Origin: an uncultured Bacteroidales bacterium | GTDB lineage: Bacteria; Bacteroidota; Bacteroidia; Bacteroidales; VadinHA17 | Direction: 5' to 3' | NCBI GenBank assembly: GCA_963828395.1 | Contig: CAWHED010000006.1 | Location: 216,275-280,274, forward strand | DNA: 64,000 nucleotides | In this document: positions 18,432 through 30,017 of the stretch, piece after piece | Layout: each line of letters opens with the position of its first letter | Numbering within the stretch: the stretch's first letter is position 1 | Notes under the pieces: generated by a model | Database searches by the model: none | Seen by the model: only the letters and a program-made list of their open reading frames with translations | What the model was told of the DNA's origin: nothing | Position numbers and translations under genes: made by a program

Positions 18432-19805
18432 TTATTTCGTCAGCACCAGGTACCCCCATGCATCAAGTTGAACGGGTTTGCCCTTGGCCAGCTCATATAC
18501 TTCACCTGTGAACAGCTCGGTATAACTTCCGGCTGTAGCATCGTTTTTCAGCTTGACGCTCAGCGGCTTTTTGCCGAGGTTCAGGAGAACGACCACTGCC
18601 GCATCACCTTTTTCCCTCTTATAGGCATATACGTTTTTCTGATCAGTCTTCAGTGTCACCATAGTTCCGCCTTCTGTTCCGTGCCTCAGGGCAGGATGCG
18701 AAGTGCGCAAATGAACCAGCTTTGTGTAGAACGGACGCAGATCACTATCTTTCCACTCGATCGGGTCACGTTTGAAGAACTCAAGTCTCTTGTCGAGGTC
18801 AGCCTCCTGGCCGTTATAAAGCAGAGGCACACCCGGAATGGTGAAGAGATAAGCAGCAAATGCTTTCTGTGCATCACCAAGCTTTTCGTCTATGGTGCCG
18901 TTCCATGAGTTCTCATCATGATTGGTGAGGAACCTGAGCCTGTAAGAGTCTGCAGGATAGTAGAGCAGCTCATACTGCATCATGGTATCAAGGGCAGCAG
19001 GCCTGCGCTGACCGGCAGCAACGGCATTCATCAGGTGATGATGAGCCCATCCGTAGTTCATGTCAAAAGCCCTCTCAAGAAGATAGGAGTGTTGTTCGTC
19101 TTCTGCAAGCATGAGCACCGGCCTGATGGCATTGAGCTCCGTTGTGGCCCTGAACCAAAACTCCTCGGGTACCAGCCCCGGAAAGTCGCAGCGGTAACCG
19201 TCGACACCGGCCTCGGCAACCCAGAATTTCATGGCGCCAACCATATAATCCCATAACGGCATCGCCGTATAATCAAACTGAATGACATCAGTCCAGTCAA
19301 AGGGCGAAACAAAGTTGCCCGCCGAGTCCTTCTCATACCATTCGGGGAAATCAGTGGCAAGAGGATTATCCCAGGCAGAGTGATTGCCTACCCAGTCGAG
19401 GATAACATGAAAGCCCATGTCATGAGCCTTTGCAACCAGCGCTTTAAAATCATCGAGGGTACCGAACTCAGGGTTGACAGCCATATAATCCTTTATCGAA
19501 TAATAACTGCCAAGCTCACCTTTCCTGTTTTTCTCACCTATCGGGTAGATAGGCATGAACCACAAGACGTTAACACCCAGTTCTTTCAGCTGGGGCAGGG
19601 CTTTGTCAACACCGGCCAGAGTGCCCTCAGCGGAGAATTGCCTGACGTTGATCTCATACAGAACCATGTTACGGGTCCAGTCGGCATGAACGACAGTTGA
19701 TTTAAGCGGTTCCGGTACACTTACCGGTTTCGGGCGGCATGATATCGCCACAACGGCTATGCCAATTACGAGAATAATGATCTTGAAAATGTGCTCTTTC
19801 ATCAC
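18432..19805 (-). CDS. GH13 alpha-amylase family lipoprotein
   Basis: Lipobox AISC; YEINVRQF, DWVGNH, DGYRCD, NHDEN. Confidence 0.92.
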   Translation of the reverse strand: MMKEHIFKIIILVIGIAVVAISCRPKPVSVPEPLKSTVVHADWTRNMVLYEINVRQFSAEGTLAGVDKALPQLKELGVNVLWFMPIYPIGEKNRKGELGSYYSIKDYMAVNPEFGTLDDFKALVAKAHDMGFHVILDWVGNHSAWDNPLATDFPEWYEKDSAGNFVSPFDWTDVIQFDYTAMPLWDYMVGAMKFWVAEAGVDGYRCDFPGLVPEEFWFRATTELNAIRPVLMLAEDEQHSYLLERAFDMNYGWAHHHLMNAVAAGQRRPAALDTMMQYELLYYPADSYRLRFLTNHDENSWNGTIDEKLGDAQKAFAAYLFTIPGVPLLYNGQEADLDKRLEFFKRDPIEWKDSDLRPFYTKLVHLRTSHPALRHGTEGGTMVTLKTDQKNVYAYKREKGDAAVVVLLNLGKKPLSVKLKNDATAGSYTELFTGEVYELAKGKPVQLDAWGYLVLTK

Positions 19806-19812
19806 GGTCAGG

Positions 19813-21657
19813 TTAGTTTAGTTCTATTATCATTGCTGTTTTAGGTTCTATTTCAAACGATGTCAGGTCGTCAATGGTCTTTCCGGTGATGACTTCACGT
19901 CCTTTGTGGAAGCCATGGAGCGATTCAATGTACTTTTCCTTTGTGATCGTCCTGCTCTTCGTATCGTTGCTGTTGAGGATGACCATCACACTCTCCTTCT
20001 TATTATACCTGAAATATACATAAAGTCCGTCATCAGTGATATAATGTTTCAGCTTACCTGTATGGATCACATCCTTTTCTTTTCTCCAGTTGAGAAGATT
20101 CCTGGTAAAATCGAAGGCTTCCTTTTCTTCATCAGCAAGATTGGCCCCGGTGAAGACATTCTTATTATCGCCTGCCCAGCCTCCCGGGAGGTCTTCCCTC
20201 AGGAAACCGTCACCCTTGCTCTTGTCACCCTCCATTACGATCTCGGTACCGTAGTACAATTGAGGAATGCCTCTGGTAGTCAGAATAAAGCTCAGCCCCA
20301 GCTTGTAGACATTCAGGCTTTTCCCGGTCTCGGTGAAGAACCTTGTCATGTCATGATTGTCGAGGAATATTACGTTCCTGAGAGGCTCCGGATAAAGGAA
20401 ATCCTGCGAGAGCACGGAGTAAAGCCTTTCAACTCCGTCGTTGGAGTTGGCCGGAGAGGTGAATGCGGTGTGTGTGGCAAAGCATAACGGGAAGTCAGTC
20501 ACAGAGGGGAGGTTGGAGCGGTAACCGTCACTGTTTCTCTTGTCCAGAGACCAGTATGCCATCTGTGCCGGTTCATCAAACCATACTTCTCCGACAATAA
20601 AGAATCCGGGAAACTCATCGGTGACACGTTTTGCCCATCGTGCCATCATTTCAGGTTCAGGGTACGGATAGGTATCCATCCTGATGCCGTCGAGACCGGA
20701 CCAGGCTATCCACCAGAGGCTGTTCTGCGTCAGGTATGTCTCTACAAGAGGATTGCTCTGGTTAAGGTCAGGCATTGTAGGAGCAAACCAACCCTGCTCC
20801 ATCAGTCTTATATCTCCCTTTGCGGCATAAGGATCCATATATGTCGAAGCCTTGTAGTTCGTACGGGTAAACTCATCGAACTGGTGGATCCAGTCGCGCG
20901 AGGGCAGGTCTTTCATCCACCAGTGACCTGACCCGATGTGATTGAAAATCATGTCCATGACAACTTTTAATCCTTTGTCATGTGCCTGTGATACCAGTTG
21001 TCTGAACTCATCATTGGTGCCGTTTCGAGGGTCAGAACGGTAAAAGTCTGTTGTCGAATAGCCGTGATAGGATGATCTCTGCTGGTTGTTCTCAAGGAAT
21101 GGATTAAGCCATATAGCTGTCACTCCAAGGTCCTTCAGATAGTCAAGGCTGTTTATTATTCCCTTCAGGTCGCCACCGTGTCTTCCGCCAGGTTTACTCC
21201 TGTCAGGCTGTTCAGTCATCCCTTCGACAATGTCATTGGTCGGATCGCCGTTGGCAAACCGGTCAGGCATAAGCAGATACAGCACATCGGAGCTGTTGAT
21301 GCCCCGTGCCTTCCCTGAAGGTCTTTCATACAGCGGAAACAGATGAGTAAGGCTTTTTTTCCCGCTTGTGAAAATCAGTGTTATATTACCCGGAAGTGTC
21401 TCCCGGCTTATATCAAGGTTTACAAACAGGTAATTGGGATTTTCTGTTTTGACAAGGGTAGCCACCCTTACACCCGGATAGTCTGCTTTAACATCGTATG
21501 CAGCAATCCCCTTTCCATATACCATCAGCTGGAGAGCACTCTCCTTCATTCCCGTGAACCATGATGGCGGATCAACACGTTCAATAACCTGTCCGTTCAC
21601 CGGCCCAATGGCCAGTGCGAACAGTACAGCGATTAAATAAAATCTTGTATTCTTCAT
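19813..21657 (-). CDS. susA: SusA-like neopullulanase/cyclomaltodextrinase (GH13)
   Basis: ERVDPPSWF N-domain, YLLMPDRFANGD, DGIRMDTYPY, FLDNHD. Confidence 0.88.
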   Translation of the reverse strand: MKNTRFYLIAVLFALAIGPVNGQVIERVDPPSWFTGMKESALQLMVYGKGIAAYDVKADYPGVRVATLVKTENPNYLFVNLDISRETLPGNITLIFTSGKKSLTHLFPLYERPSGKARGINSSDVLYLLMPDRFANGDPTNDIVEGMTEQPDRSKPGGRHGGDLKGIINSLDYLKDLGVTAIWLNPFLENNQQRSSYHGYSTTDFYRSDPRNGTNDEFRQLVSQAHDKGLKVVMDMIFNHIGSGHWWMKDLPSRDWIHQFDEFTRTNYKASTYMDPYAAKGDIRLMEQGWFAPTMPDLNQSNPLVETYLTQNSLWWIAWSGLDGIRMDTYPYPEPEMMARWAKRVTDEFPGFFIVGEVWFDEPAQMAYWSLDKRNSDGYRSNLPSVTDFPLCFATHTAFTSPANSNDGVERLYSVLSQDFLYPEPLRNVIFLDNHDMTRFFTETGKSLNVYKLGLSFILTTRGIPQLYYGTEIVMEGDKSKGDGFLREDLPGGWAGDNKNVFTGANLADEEKEAFDFTRNLLNWRKEKDVIHTGKLKHYITDDGLYVYFRYNKKESVMVILNSNDTKSRTITKEKYIESLHGFHKGREVITGKTIDDLTSFEIEPKTAMIIELN

Positions 21658-23969
21658 TATCTGGTTATTTTCTTTTCTTCACCGGGTCCGAGAGTGAACT
21701 GTTCATTGTACACTGCCAGCGGTATTGATGCCTGCGAGAGGTTCACAACAGTCACTATCTTACCGTTAATCTCAACCCTGAGAGGATTATTCCTGTATCT
21801 TATTATAAAGGAGTAAGAACTCCATGCAGATGGTATTACGGGATTAAAACAGACTCTTTCCTTGTGTATTCTCATCCCGCCGAAGCCTTCAACAATAGAG
21901 AGCCATGTGCCTGCCATGCTCGTGATATGAAGTCCGTCCCTAACCTCCCTGTTGTAATCGTCAAGGTCGAGCCTGGCTGTTCGCAGGTAAAGCGTATAAG
22001 CTGTATCAATATCATGCAGCCTGGCTGCAAGTACTGAATGAATGCTGGGTGATAGGGAAGATTCATGAACACAGCGCGATTCATAAAAATCGAAGTTGCG
22101 TCTGATGGTTTCTTCCTCATAATCGTCTTCAAAGAAATAAATACCCTGAAGCACGTCTGCCTGCTTGATGAAGACCGAACGAAGGATACGGTCCCATGAC
22201 CAGTGCTGGTTAAGCGGTCTTTCGGCAGGTTCGAGATCTTTCACGGTCTGCTGCAGCTTATCCATGTATCCGTCCTGCTGCAGGAAGATGCCGAGGTCAT
22301 AATGCACCGGCAGACAGATGTTATTTATTATCTCATTCCAGAGAGTGAGTTCACACTCCGTATCAATCCGCGTGCGTGATATGACCGAGTTGAATTTCAC
22401 AACACTGGTTTTGCGAAGCCAGTCAAGTGAATCGACTGTATATTTCAAAGTCCATTTTGCCAGGGTATTGGTATACCAGTTATTGCTGACGTTGTTCTCA
22501 TATTCATTGGGGCCGGTGACACCGAGGATCACGTATTGCTTTTTTTCTTCTGACCAGTTACATCGCTGGGCCCAGAAACGCGAGATGGCAATGAGAACTT
22601 CCAGGCCGTACTCTGAAAGATAACCCTGGTCGCCCGTATGCCTTATATAGTTGTAGATCGCATATGCGATGGCCCCGTTGCGGTGTATCTCCTCAAAGGT
22701 TATCTCCCACTCGTTGTGACATTCTTCCCCATTCATGGTGACCATGGGATAAAGAGCTGCACCACTGGTGAAACCGAGCTTTGTAGCGTTCACTATGGCC
22801 TTTTCAAGGTGCTTATACCTGTATAGCAGCAGGTTGCGGGCTACATGCGTATCGGCGGTGCTCAGGTAGAAGGGCAGGACAAACGCTTCTGTGTCCCAGT
22901 AGGTGCTGCCGCCGTATTTTTCTCCTGTAAATCCCTTGGGCCCTATATTCAGCCTGGGGTCTTCACCGGTGTATGTCTGGTTAAGCTGGAATATATTGAA
23001 CCTGATACCCTGCTGGGCAGCTATGTCGCCCCTGATCACAATGTCTCCCATCTCCCATTTCGAGGCCCAGGCTTTGATATGACTTTCAAGCAATGCATCA
23101 AAACCTTTCTTAGCTGCCTCACCTGCCGATGCCATCGCTTTGCGTGCCAATCCTTCTACAGGATGGTTTGTCGATGAGAGTACAGCAACATATTTTTTTA
23201 CCTCAATGGTATCTCCGTTGTTATACTTGCAGGTCAGGGTGCAATGAGCAGTTTTTTCGCCGGTGCTCATCGTAATCTTATTTTTCACAACCTTGCCGTT
23301 GACGGTAAATGCATTCTCCATTGCCGTGGCCACCACGAAGGCAGTCTTGCGGGTCTGCGCAACCACTGCTGCTTTTAAACCGTCATATTCAGCAGATTCC
23401 TTCTCCCAGAATTTTTCATCATAGTTGGCGTCTTCATTATAGACATCGGCGTTCAGCCACGGAGCGACCTCCGCTGTTCCGCTGCCACCAGTGATCGTGA
23501 CGGCATAGCTTATTGCAGCTTTTTCGGGCTCGCTCATAGAGAGGAAACGCCGTGCGGTCACCTCGGCCATCCTGCCTGACGGCATGATTGCAGTGAACGA
23601 CCGCATCAACAACCCTTCCTTCATGTCAAGCACTCTGCGGAAAGCTTTTACTTTGCACTTTGCCAGATCAAGCAGCTCACCGTCTATTTTCACGTCTATG
23701 CCCGTCCAGGATGGGGCATTAGGCACTTTCGCAAAATATTCAGGGTAGCCGTTCTTCCACCACCCGACAACTGTCTTGTCAGGGTAATATATCCCTGCAA
23801 CGTAAGTACCCTGCAATGTATCACCCGAGTATCTCTCCTCGAAATTGGCCCGTTGCCCCATCATGCCGTTACCCAGGGCAAAAATGCTCTCTGAATCACG
23901 GCCTCTGTCTGGCTCAAAACGCGTCTCGATGATCTTCCATTCATCAGACTGAAAGCGTGAATATGTCAT
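21657..23969 (-). CDS. GH65 maltose phosphorylase
   Basis: IGPKGFTGEKYGGSTYWDTE, GPNEYE, KQADV, HESSLS. Confidence 0.93.
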   Translation of the reverse strand: MTYSRFQSDEWKIIETRFEPDRGRDSESIFALGNGMMGQRANFEERYSGDTLQGTYVAGIYYPDKTVVGWWKNGYPEYFAKVPNAPSWTGIDVKIDGELLDLAKCKVKAFRRVLDMKEGLLMRSFTAIMPSGRMAEVTARRFLSMSEPEKAAISYAVTITGGSGTAEVAPWLNADVYNEDANYDEKFWEKESAEYDGLKAAVVAQTRKTAFVVATAMENAFTVNGKVVKNKITMSTGEKTAHCTLTCKYNNGDTIEVKKYVAVLSSTNHPVEGLARKAMASAGEAAKKGFDALLESHIKAWASKWEMGDIVIRGDIAAQQGIRFNIFQLNQTYTGEDPRLNIGPKGFTGEKYGGSTYWDTEAFVLPFYLSTADTHVARNLLLYRYKHLEKAIVNATKLGFTSGAALYPMVTMNGEECHNEWEITFEEIHRNGAIAYAIYNYIRHTGDQGYLSEYGLEVLIAISRFWAQRCNWSEEKKQYVILGVTGPNEYENNVSNNWYTNTLAKWTLKYTVDSLDWLRKTSVVKFNSVISRTRIDTECELTLWNEIINNICLPVHYDLGIFLQQDGYMDKLQQTVKDLEPAERPLNQHWSWDRILRSVFIKQADVLQGIYFFEDDYEEETIRRNFDFYESRCVHESSLSPSIHSVLAARLHDIDTAYTLYLRTARLDLDDYNREVRDGLHITSMAGTWLSIVEGFGGMRIHKERVCFNPVIPSAWSSYSFIIRYRNNPLRVEINGKIVTVVNLSQASIPLAVYNEQFTLGPGEEKKITR

Positions 23970-23975
23970 TTAGGT

Positions 23976-24626
23976 TTATAGGTTTTTTAATTTTCCGACT
24001 GTAATTTTTCTAAGGTCGGGGATAACCAGGTCTGCCTTTCCCAGGAGCCCGGGATCTCCAACCCCCACACATTTCATTCCTCCGGCAATGGCAGCCTCGA
24101 TACCTGCCTGCGCATCTTCAAAAACAATACAACAGGACGGGTCGGTGTTAAGCTCCCGGGCGCCTCTTAAAAATACTTCAGGGTCAGGTTTGGCGGTGTG
24201 TATTTTGTTGCCGTCGACTATCACATCGAACATATCCGTGATCTTGATGCCGTCAAGTATCGTACGTGCATTTTTACTGGCTGATCCGATGGCCGTGAGA
24301 ATGCCTTCCTTACGCAGCTGCTTCAGCAGCCTGATACTTCCCGGAAGGATCTCATCAGGGGTCATGCCGGTAATGAACTCGACATACCACCTGTTCTTCC
24401 TGGCAGCCAGTTCTTCCTTTTCTTTCTCGCCCGGTGCAAGTCCGCCTACCCTGAGAAGGATCTCAAGGGAGGCCATCCGGCTGACACCCTTGAGTGCCTC
24501 GTTATCCGCTACGGTGAATTCAAAACCAAGTTCCTTTGCCAGTCGCCGCCATGCCATGAAGTGATACTTTGCCGTGTCGACAATGACACCGTCGAGATCA
24601 AAAATACATGCCTTAAGATCCATCAC
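23976..24626 (-). CDS. pgmB: Beta-phosphoglucomutase
   Basis: FDLDGVIVDTA HAD motif, KGVSR, KPDPEVF, FEDAQAG; adjacent to GH65. Confidence 0.95.
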   Translation of the reverse strand: MMDLKACIFDLDGVIVDTAKYHFMAWRRLAKELGFEFTVADNEALKGVSRMASLEILLRVGGLAPGEKEKEELAARKNRWYVEFITGMTPDEILPGSIRLLKQLRKEGILTAIGSASKNARTILDGIKITDMFDVIVDGNKIHTAKPDPEVFLRGARELNTDPSCCIVFEDAQAGIEAAIAGGMKCVGVGDPGLLGKADLVIPDLRKITVGKLKNL

Positions 24627-26170
24627 AATCTCTTATCGTCAACGTCTCTGACAAAATTCACCATCAGGGCAGCTATTACCATTGAAATTCCGCCGGCGAC
24701 AAGGGCAAGCATCGTGTTTTCGCTAAAGAGATGCTTGACCATGCTTCCTAATATACTGGCTGCAAGTATCTGGGGTATGACAATAAAGAAGTTGAATATT
24801 CCCATGTAGATGCCCATCTTGTTATGCGGCAATGAGCCGGTCAGTATGGCATAAGGCATTGAAAGGATGCTGGCCCATGCAAGGCCAACGCCAAGCATCG
24901 GTACGATAAGTAAGCCAGGCGTGTGGATAAGGCTGATGGCAGCAAGGCTGATACCCCCTATAAACAAACAAATCATATGGGTAATCTTTCTGGATGTGGC
25001 CCTGGCCAGTACAGGCAGCAGGAATGCCACAACAGCGGAAAATCCGCTGTAAACCCCGAACAGCACACCAACCCAGTTGGCACCCTTATTATATTCAATG
25101 GAAGCTGTATCTGTTGTTCCGTAAACCTGTGATGTTACGGCTGCGGTTGTATATATCCACATGGCAAACAGGGCAAACCATGTAAAAAACTGGACGGCAG
25201 CCAGCTGTCCCATGGTGGAGGGCATCCTTTTCAGATCGGTCAGGATGCTGTTCAGGCCGTTGTCCCCCTTGCCTGTCGATTGCATCATGCCTGCAAAGAG
25301 CTGCAGAAGACCGAAGAGTGAAACCCCACCGGTGACGATATACAACTCCTTTTCGAGATTAACCCTTGTGAGTATAAACGTTGACACCAGGCCGACAGCA
25401 AGCCAGATTATCCCTGGTTTGTAGAAATTTATGGTGCCCAGGGCCCTGAGCTCTGTGCTCTGTGCCTCTGCAGTCTTAATAACTTCACCCCTGGCAATTT
25501 TCTCACCCTTTTCAAACTCTTCCAGTTCTGCAGGTGAATATTCTTTTGTCCTGAAGATGGTCCATAACACTGCAGCAAGAAGGACTGCTGCACCGATATA
25601 AAATGAAAGCTTCAGGTTGAACGGAATAAGTTCCCCTTCACCTGGTACTGCAGGCACGTTGAACCAGTTGGCAAGGATCCATGGCAGGAAACCGCCAATG
25701 ACAGCACCAATGCCAATGAAGAAGCTCTGCATGGCAAACCCTGTTGTTCGCTGTTTTGAGGGAAGCATGTCTCCTACGAATGCCCTGAAGGGTTCCATTG
25801 AAATATTTATCGAAGCATCCATTATCCACAGCATCACCGTGGCAAATATCCATGTTGGCGAATTTGTAATGATGGCCAGTGCAAGGGAAGCCAGTATGGC
25901 ACCTGTCAGAAAATAGGGCCGGCGTCTGCCAAGACGGTTCCATGTCCTGTCGCTCATGTGCCCGATTATCGGCTGCACAAGCAATCCTGTCACAGGCGCG
26001 GCGATCCACAATATCGGAATATTGTCTATGTCGGCACCCAGTGTCTGAAAAATACGGCTTACGTTTCCGTTCTGAAGGGCAAAGCCCATCTGTATACCCA
26101 GAAATCCGAAACTCATGTTCCATATCTGCCAGAAGGAGAGTTGCGGTTTCCGCCTGAAGATCACGTTCAT
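24623..26170 (-). CDS. MFS maltose/maltodextrin transporter (SLC45/MalT-like)
   Basis: QIWNMSFGFLGIQ, GRRRPY, MGIFNFFIVIPQ; 12-TM pattern. Confidence 0.92.
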   Translation of the reverse strand: MNVIFRRKPQLSFWQIWNMSFGFLGIQMGFALQNGNVSRIFQTLGADIDNIPILWIAAPVTGLLVQPIIGHMSDRTWNRLGRRRPYFLTGAILASLALAIITNSPTWIFATVMLWIMDASINISMEPFRAFVGDMLPSKQRTTGFAMQSFFIGIGAVIGGFLPWILANWFNVPAVPGEGELIPFNLKLSFYIGAAVLLAAVLWTIFRTKEYSPAELEEFEKGEKIARGEVIKTAEAQSTELRALGTINFYKPGIIWLAVGLVSTFILTRVNLEKELYIVTGGVSLFGLLQLFAGMMQSTGKGDNGLNSILTDLKRMPSTMGQLAAVQFFTWFALFAMWIYTTAAVTSQVYGTTDTASIEYNKGANWVGVLFGVYSGFSAVVAFLLPVLARATSRKITHMICLFIGGISLAAISLIHTPGLLIVPMLGVGLAWASILSMPYAILTGSLPHNKMGIYMGIFNFFIVIPQILAASILGSMVKHLFSENTMLALVAGGISMVIAALMVNFVRDVDDKRL

Positions 26171-26302
26171 AGTCTGTTACCGGTTAGTTTTTATTACACT
26201 CAAGTCATAAGGTATTCAAAATTAGTCTAAAATCCGGTTCCCCAACATGGCATTGCTGCCACTTAGCCTTGATTTTTAGGGCGTTTGCGTTGGATTTGTT
26301 AT

Positions 26303-26317
26303 TTCAAACGTTTTCGG
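26303..26317. promoter_or_regulatory. LacI-type operator upstream of the MFS-pgmB-GH65-susA operon
   Basis: TTCAAACGTTTTCGG, 14/15 identical to the site at 7740. Confidence 0.65.
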
Positions 26318-26395
26318 CCTGAGATACATTTCTTTTTTCACGATCCTATTTAGATTAATTCTAAATAATAATTACCACTATTGCCTCACATTTCT

Positions 26396-26403
26396 TATAT
26401 TTG
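26396..26403 (+). promoter_or_regulatory. Bacteroidota -7 promoter element for fumarase
   Basis: TATATTTG about 30 nt upstream of the ATG. Confidence 0.5.
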
Positions 26404-26432
26404 ATACACGCTCAACCCTTAAAAACAATATC

Positions 26433-28046
26433 ATGGCTGACTTCATCTACGAAAAACCATTCCAGTTCGGGAGTGATGTAACAAATTACCGTCATCTGAC
26501 TTCTGACCACGTTAAAGTTACCGAATGCTATGGCAGGAAAATTCTCCAGGTAGACCCTGAAGCTCTTAAGATACTGGCACGGCAGGCCTTCATAGATGTC
26601 AATTTTTATCTGCGCACATCCCATCTTGAAAAACTTGCTGCCATACTTAAAGACCCTGAAGCTACAGACAATGACCGTTTTGTTGCGTGGATCATGCTTC
26701 GGAACACCGTGATCTCAGCTGAGGGTAAGCTTCCGTGGTGCCAGGACACCGGTACAGCAATCGTCATGGCCTATAAAGGAGAAGCTGTCATTACCGGTAC
26801 CGATGATGCTGAGTATCTCAGCAGGGGAATTTGGGAAACCTATGCTGAAAAGAACCTGCGTTACTCGCAGGTGGTACCCTCAACCATGTTCGAAGAGAAA
26901 AACACCGGCAGCAACCTCCCGGCTCAGATTGATATCAATTCTGTTCCGGGGAACGAATACAAGTTTCTTTTTGTCGCCAAGGGCGGCGGATCAGCCAACA
27001 AGAGCTTCCTGTACCAGCAATCGAAGTCATTGCTGAATGAGGCTTCCATGAGGAAGTTCATACGCGAGAAGATAGAAGACCTGGGTACGTCAGCCTGCCC
27101 GCCGTATCATCTTGCTGTGGTCATCGGGGGTACTTCGGCTGAGGCGACGCTCAAGACTGTCAAGCTCGCATCAACAGGTTATCTTGACGGTCTGCCCTCC
27201 ACGGGCAGTGCTGCAGGAAGGGCTTTCCGCGACAGGGAATGGGAGCAGAAAATCGAGTTAATATGTCAGGAGTACGGCGTGGGTGCCCAGTTCGGAGGGA
27301 AGTATTTTGTGCATGACGTGCGTGTGATACGCCTGCCGCGCCATGCCGCCTCGTGCCCGGTGGGAATAGGCGTAAGCTGCAGTGCCGACAGGAACATTGT
27401 AGGCAAGATCACCACTGAAGGGATCTTCCTCGAGCAGCTTGAGTTACATCCTGAAAGGTTCATGCCCGAAAAGGCTCCACAGCTTGATAAGCCTGTGGAG
27501 ATAAACCTCGACCGGCCCATGAAAGAGATCCTTGCCGAGTTGACAAAGTACCCCGTGAAGACCCGACTGAGCCTGAGCGGCACGCTGGTGGTGGCGCGCG
27601 ATATAGCCCATGCACGCATCAAACAGATGCTTGACGAGGGCAAACCCATGCCTGAATATTTCATGAACCATCCCGTCTATTACGCCGGACCGGCCAAAAT
27701 ACCGCAAGGTATGGCCTCTGGTTCCTTCGGGCCGACAACGGCAGGGAGGATGGACGGGTATGTAGAACTATTCCAGAGCCTCGGAGGGTCGATGATCATG
27801 CTTGCCAAGGGTAACCGCTCGAGGCAGGTGATCGATTCCTGCAAAAAACATGGAGGGTTCTACCTGGGTTCCGTGGGCGGACCGGCTGCTGTGCTTGCAG
27901 CGGAAAATATATTGTCAGTGGAGGTGGTCGCTTTTGAGGACCTTGGCATGGAAGCTGTCAGAAAAATAGTCGTAAAAAACATGCCGGCGTTCATTCTTAC
28001 TGACGATAAAGGCAACGATTTTTTCGATCAGTATAATAAGAAATAG
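26433..28046 (+). CDS. Class I (Fe-S) fumarate hydratase
   Basis: [31 protein letters not shown]. Confidence 0.95.
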   Translation: MADFIYEKPFQFGSDVTNYRHLTSDHVKVTECYGRKILQVDPEALKILARQAFIDVNFYLRTSHLEKLAAILKDPEATDNDRFVAWIMLRNTVISAEGKLPWCQDTGTAIVMAYKGEAVITGTDDAEYLSRGIWETYAEKNLRYSQVVPSTMFEEKNTGSNLPAQIDINSVPGNEYKFLFVAKGGGSANKSFLYQQSKSLLNEASMRKFIREKIEDLGTSACPPYHLAVVIGGTSAEATLKTVKLASTGYLDGLPSTGSAAGRAFRDREWEQKIELICQEYGVGAQFGGKYFVHDVRVIRLPRHAASCPVGIGVSCSADRNIVGKITTEGIFLEQLELHPERFMPEKAPQLDKPVEINLDRPMKEILAELTKYPVKTRLSLSGTLVVARDIAHARIKQMLDEGKPMPEYFMNHPVYYAGPAKIPQGMASGSFGPTTAGRMDGYVELFQSLGGSMIMLAKGNRSRQVIDSCKKHGGFYLGSVGGPAAVLAAENILSVEVVAFEDLGMEAVRKIVVKNMPAFILTDDKGNDFFDQYNKK

Positions 28047-28103
28047 CGATGCCCTGATTGGGCGTTGGTACTTCCGGCAATTAAAATAAAGGCAATCTGT
28101 TTA

Positions 28104-28130
28104 GACGCCCTGCCAGGGCGTCGCTTTTTT
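28104..28130 (+). terminator. Intrinsic terminator after fumarase (REP-like hairpin)
   Basis: GACGCCCTG CC AGGGCGTC hairpin followed by TTTTTT. Confidence 0.7.
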
Positions 28131-28248
28131 ATGATATAAAAAATCAATTGAAATTTAAAAAATGTATCAATACGTTAATCAAAAACATGAAAATATAATA
28201 AATATTGATATTTTTGTTCCCTTAAAATAACAATTCATTATATATTGT

Positions 28249-29914
28249 ATGTGCGGAATTGTCGGGGTATTTGAGCTGAAGAAAGATGCGGATGAATTGA
28301 GACCGCTGGTCCTGGAAATGTCAAAGAAACTGAGGCACCGGGGACCCGACTGGTCCGGAATATACTGCGGGGAGAAAGCTATCATAGCACATGAACGACT
28401 TTCAATCGTTGATCCGGAATCAGGAGGGCAGCCATTGTACAGCAAGGACCGCAGGCTGATACTCGGAGTAAACGGGGAGATTTACAACCATCGTGAGATA
28501 AGAGAAAGATACAAGGGTAAATATGAGTTCATGACCATGTCTGACTGTGAAGTCATTCTGGCACTGTATGCCGACAAGGGGAAGGACTTTCTTGATGAAC
28601 TGAGCGGGATATTTGCATTTGTGCTGTATGATGAGGTAAACGATTGCTACCTCGCAGCCCGTGACCATATGGGCATTATTCCGCTTTATATCGGATGGGA
28701 CATATACGGCAACCGATATTTTGCCTCGGAGCTGAAAGCCCTTGAAGGTACCTGCAGAAAAATTGAAGTCTTCCCTCCGGGTAACTATTTATTCAGCAAG
28801 AGCGGCGAATTCACAAAATGGTATCAGCGCGACTGGGTCTCGTATGATTCGGTGAAAGATGAGACAACCGATATCAGCCGGTTGCGTGATGCACTCGAGA
28901 AGGCAGTGCACCGGCAGATGATGTCTGACGTGCCTTACGGAGTGCTGCTCTCAGGCGGCCTTGACAGCTCAGTTATATCTGCAATAACCAAGAAATATGC
29001 TGCCCGGCGTATAGAGACAGATGACAGCAAGGAGGCATGGTGGCCGCAGTTGCACTCATTCGCAGTGGGGCTGGAAGGATCGCCTGACCTGATCGCCGCC
29101 CGGGAGGTGGCAGATCACATAGGCACCGTTCATCATGAGATACATATCACTGTTCAGGAAGGCCTTGATGCAGTGCGCGATGTGATATTTTTCCTGGAAA
29201 CATATGATGTTACCACTGTCAGGGCTGCAACACCTATGTATCTCATGGCAAGGGTGATCAAGTCGATGGGAGTGAAAATGGTGCTTTCGGGCGAAGGTGC
29301 TGATGAGGTGTTCGGCGGGTATCTTTACTTTCATAAAGCTCCCGGCCCAAGGGAGTTTCATGAAGAGACGGCACGCAAGCTGAGCAAGCTGCATCTCTAC
29401 GACTGTCTCAGGGCTAACAAGGCGCTGGCCGCATGGGGAGTGGAAGGCAGGGTGCCTTTCCTTGATAAGGAGTTCCTCGATGTCGCCATGCGGATTAATC
29501 CTGCAGACAAGATGGCCGGGAACGGCAAGATCGAAAAATGGATTCTGAGGAAAGCATTTGAAGATTATCTTCCTGACAAAATAGTATGGCGCCAGAAAGA
29601 GCAGTTCTCTGACGGGGTAGGGTATGCCTGGATTGACACTTTGAAAGAAATGACCTCCGCGTAAGGTAAGCGATGAGATGATGGCATCGGCAAGATTTAT
29701 GTTTCCGCTTAACACTCCTATGAACAAGGAGGAGTATTATTACCGGGCCCTCTTCACTGAGCACTTTCCTTCAGAGGCGGCGGCTATGACCGTACCCTCT
29801 GTGCCGTCGGTGGCTTGCAGCACGGCGGAAGCCCTGGCCTGGGACGAATCATTCAGGAATCAAAACGATCCCTCAGGCCGGGCCGTGAAAAACGTTCATA
29901 ACAAAGCCTATTAA
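28249..29914 (+). CDS. asnB: Asparagine synthetase B (glutamine-hydrolysing); frameshift near 29662
   Basis: MCGI Ntn start, HRGPD, LLSGGLDSS, RQKEQFSDGVG; C-terminal SVACST segment continues in another frame (29678..29914). Confidence 0.92.
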
Positions 29915-29962
29915 ACCAGCAGAGACGCCCAATCTGAATGTCTCTGCCTGCTGATTTGTAAA

Positions 29963-30017
29963 AATTCTTAATTCTTAACTCTTAACTTTAATTCTTAATT
30001 CTTAATTCTTAATTCTT
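29963..30017. repeat. Heptamer tandem array (AATTCTT)x8
   Basis: Directly visible; abuts the stop codon of the ferritin-like gene. Confidence 0.9.

Noticed and set aside
18306-18908. Long alternative ORFs (e.g. 18306..18908, 29056..29727, 37211..37912, 38454..39119, 60357..61163)
   Set aside because: Antisense or out-of-frame shadows of well-supported genes, with no recognisable motifs
29655-29680. Programmed frameshifting in asnB and other split genes
   Set aside because: No slippery heptamer or stimulatory structure is evident, and these families are not known to be recoded; sequencing error is simpler
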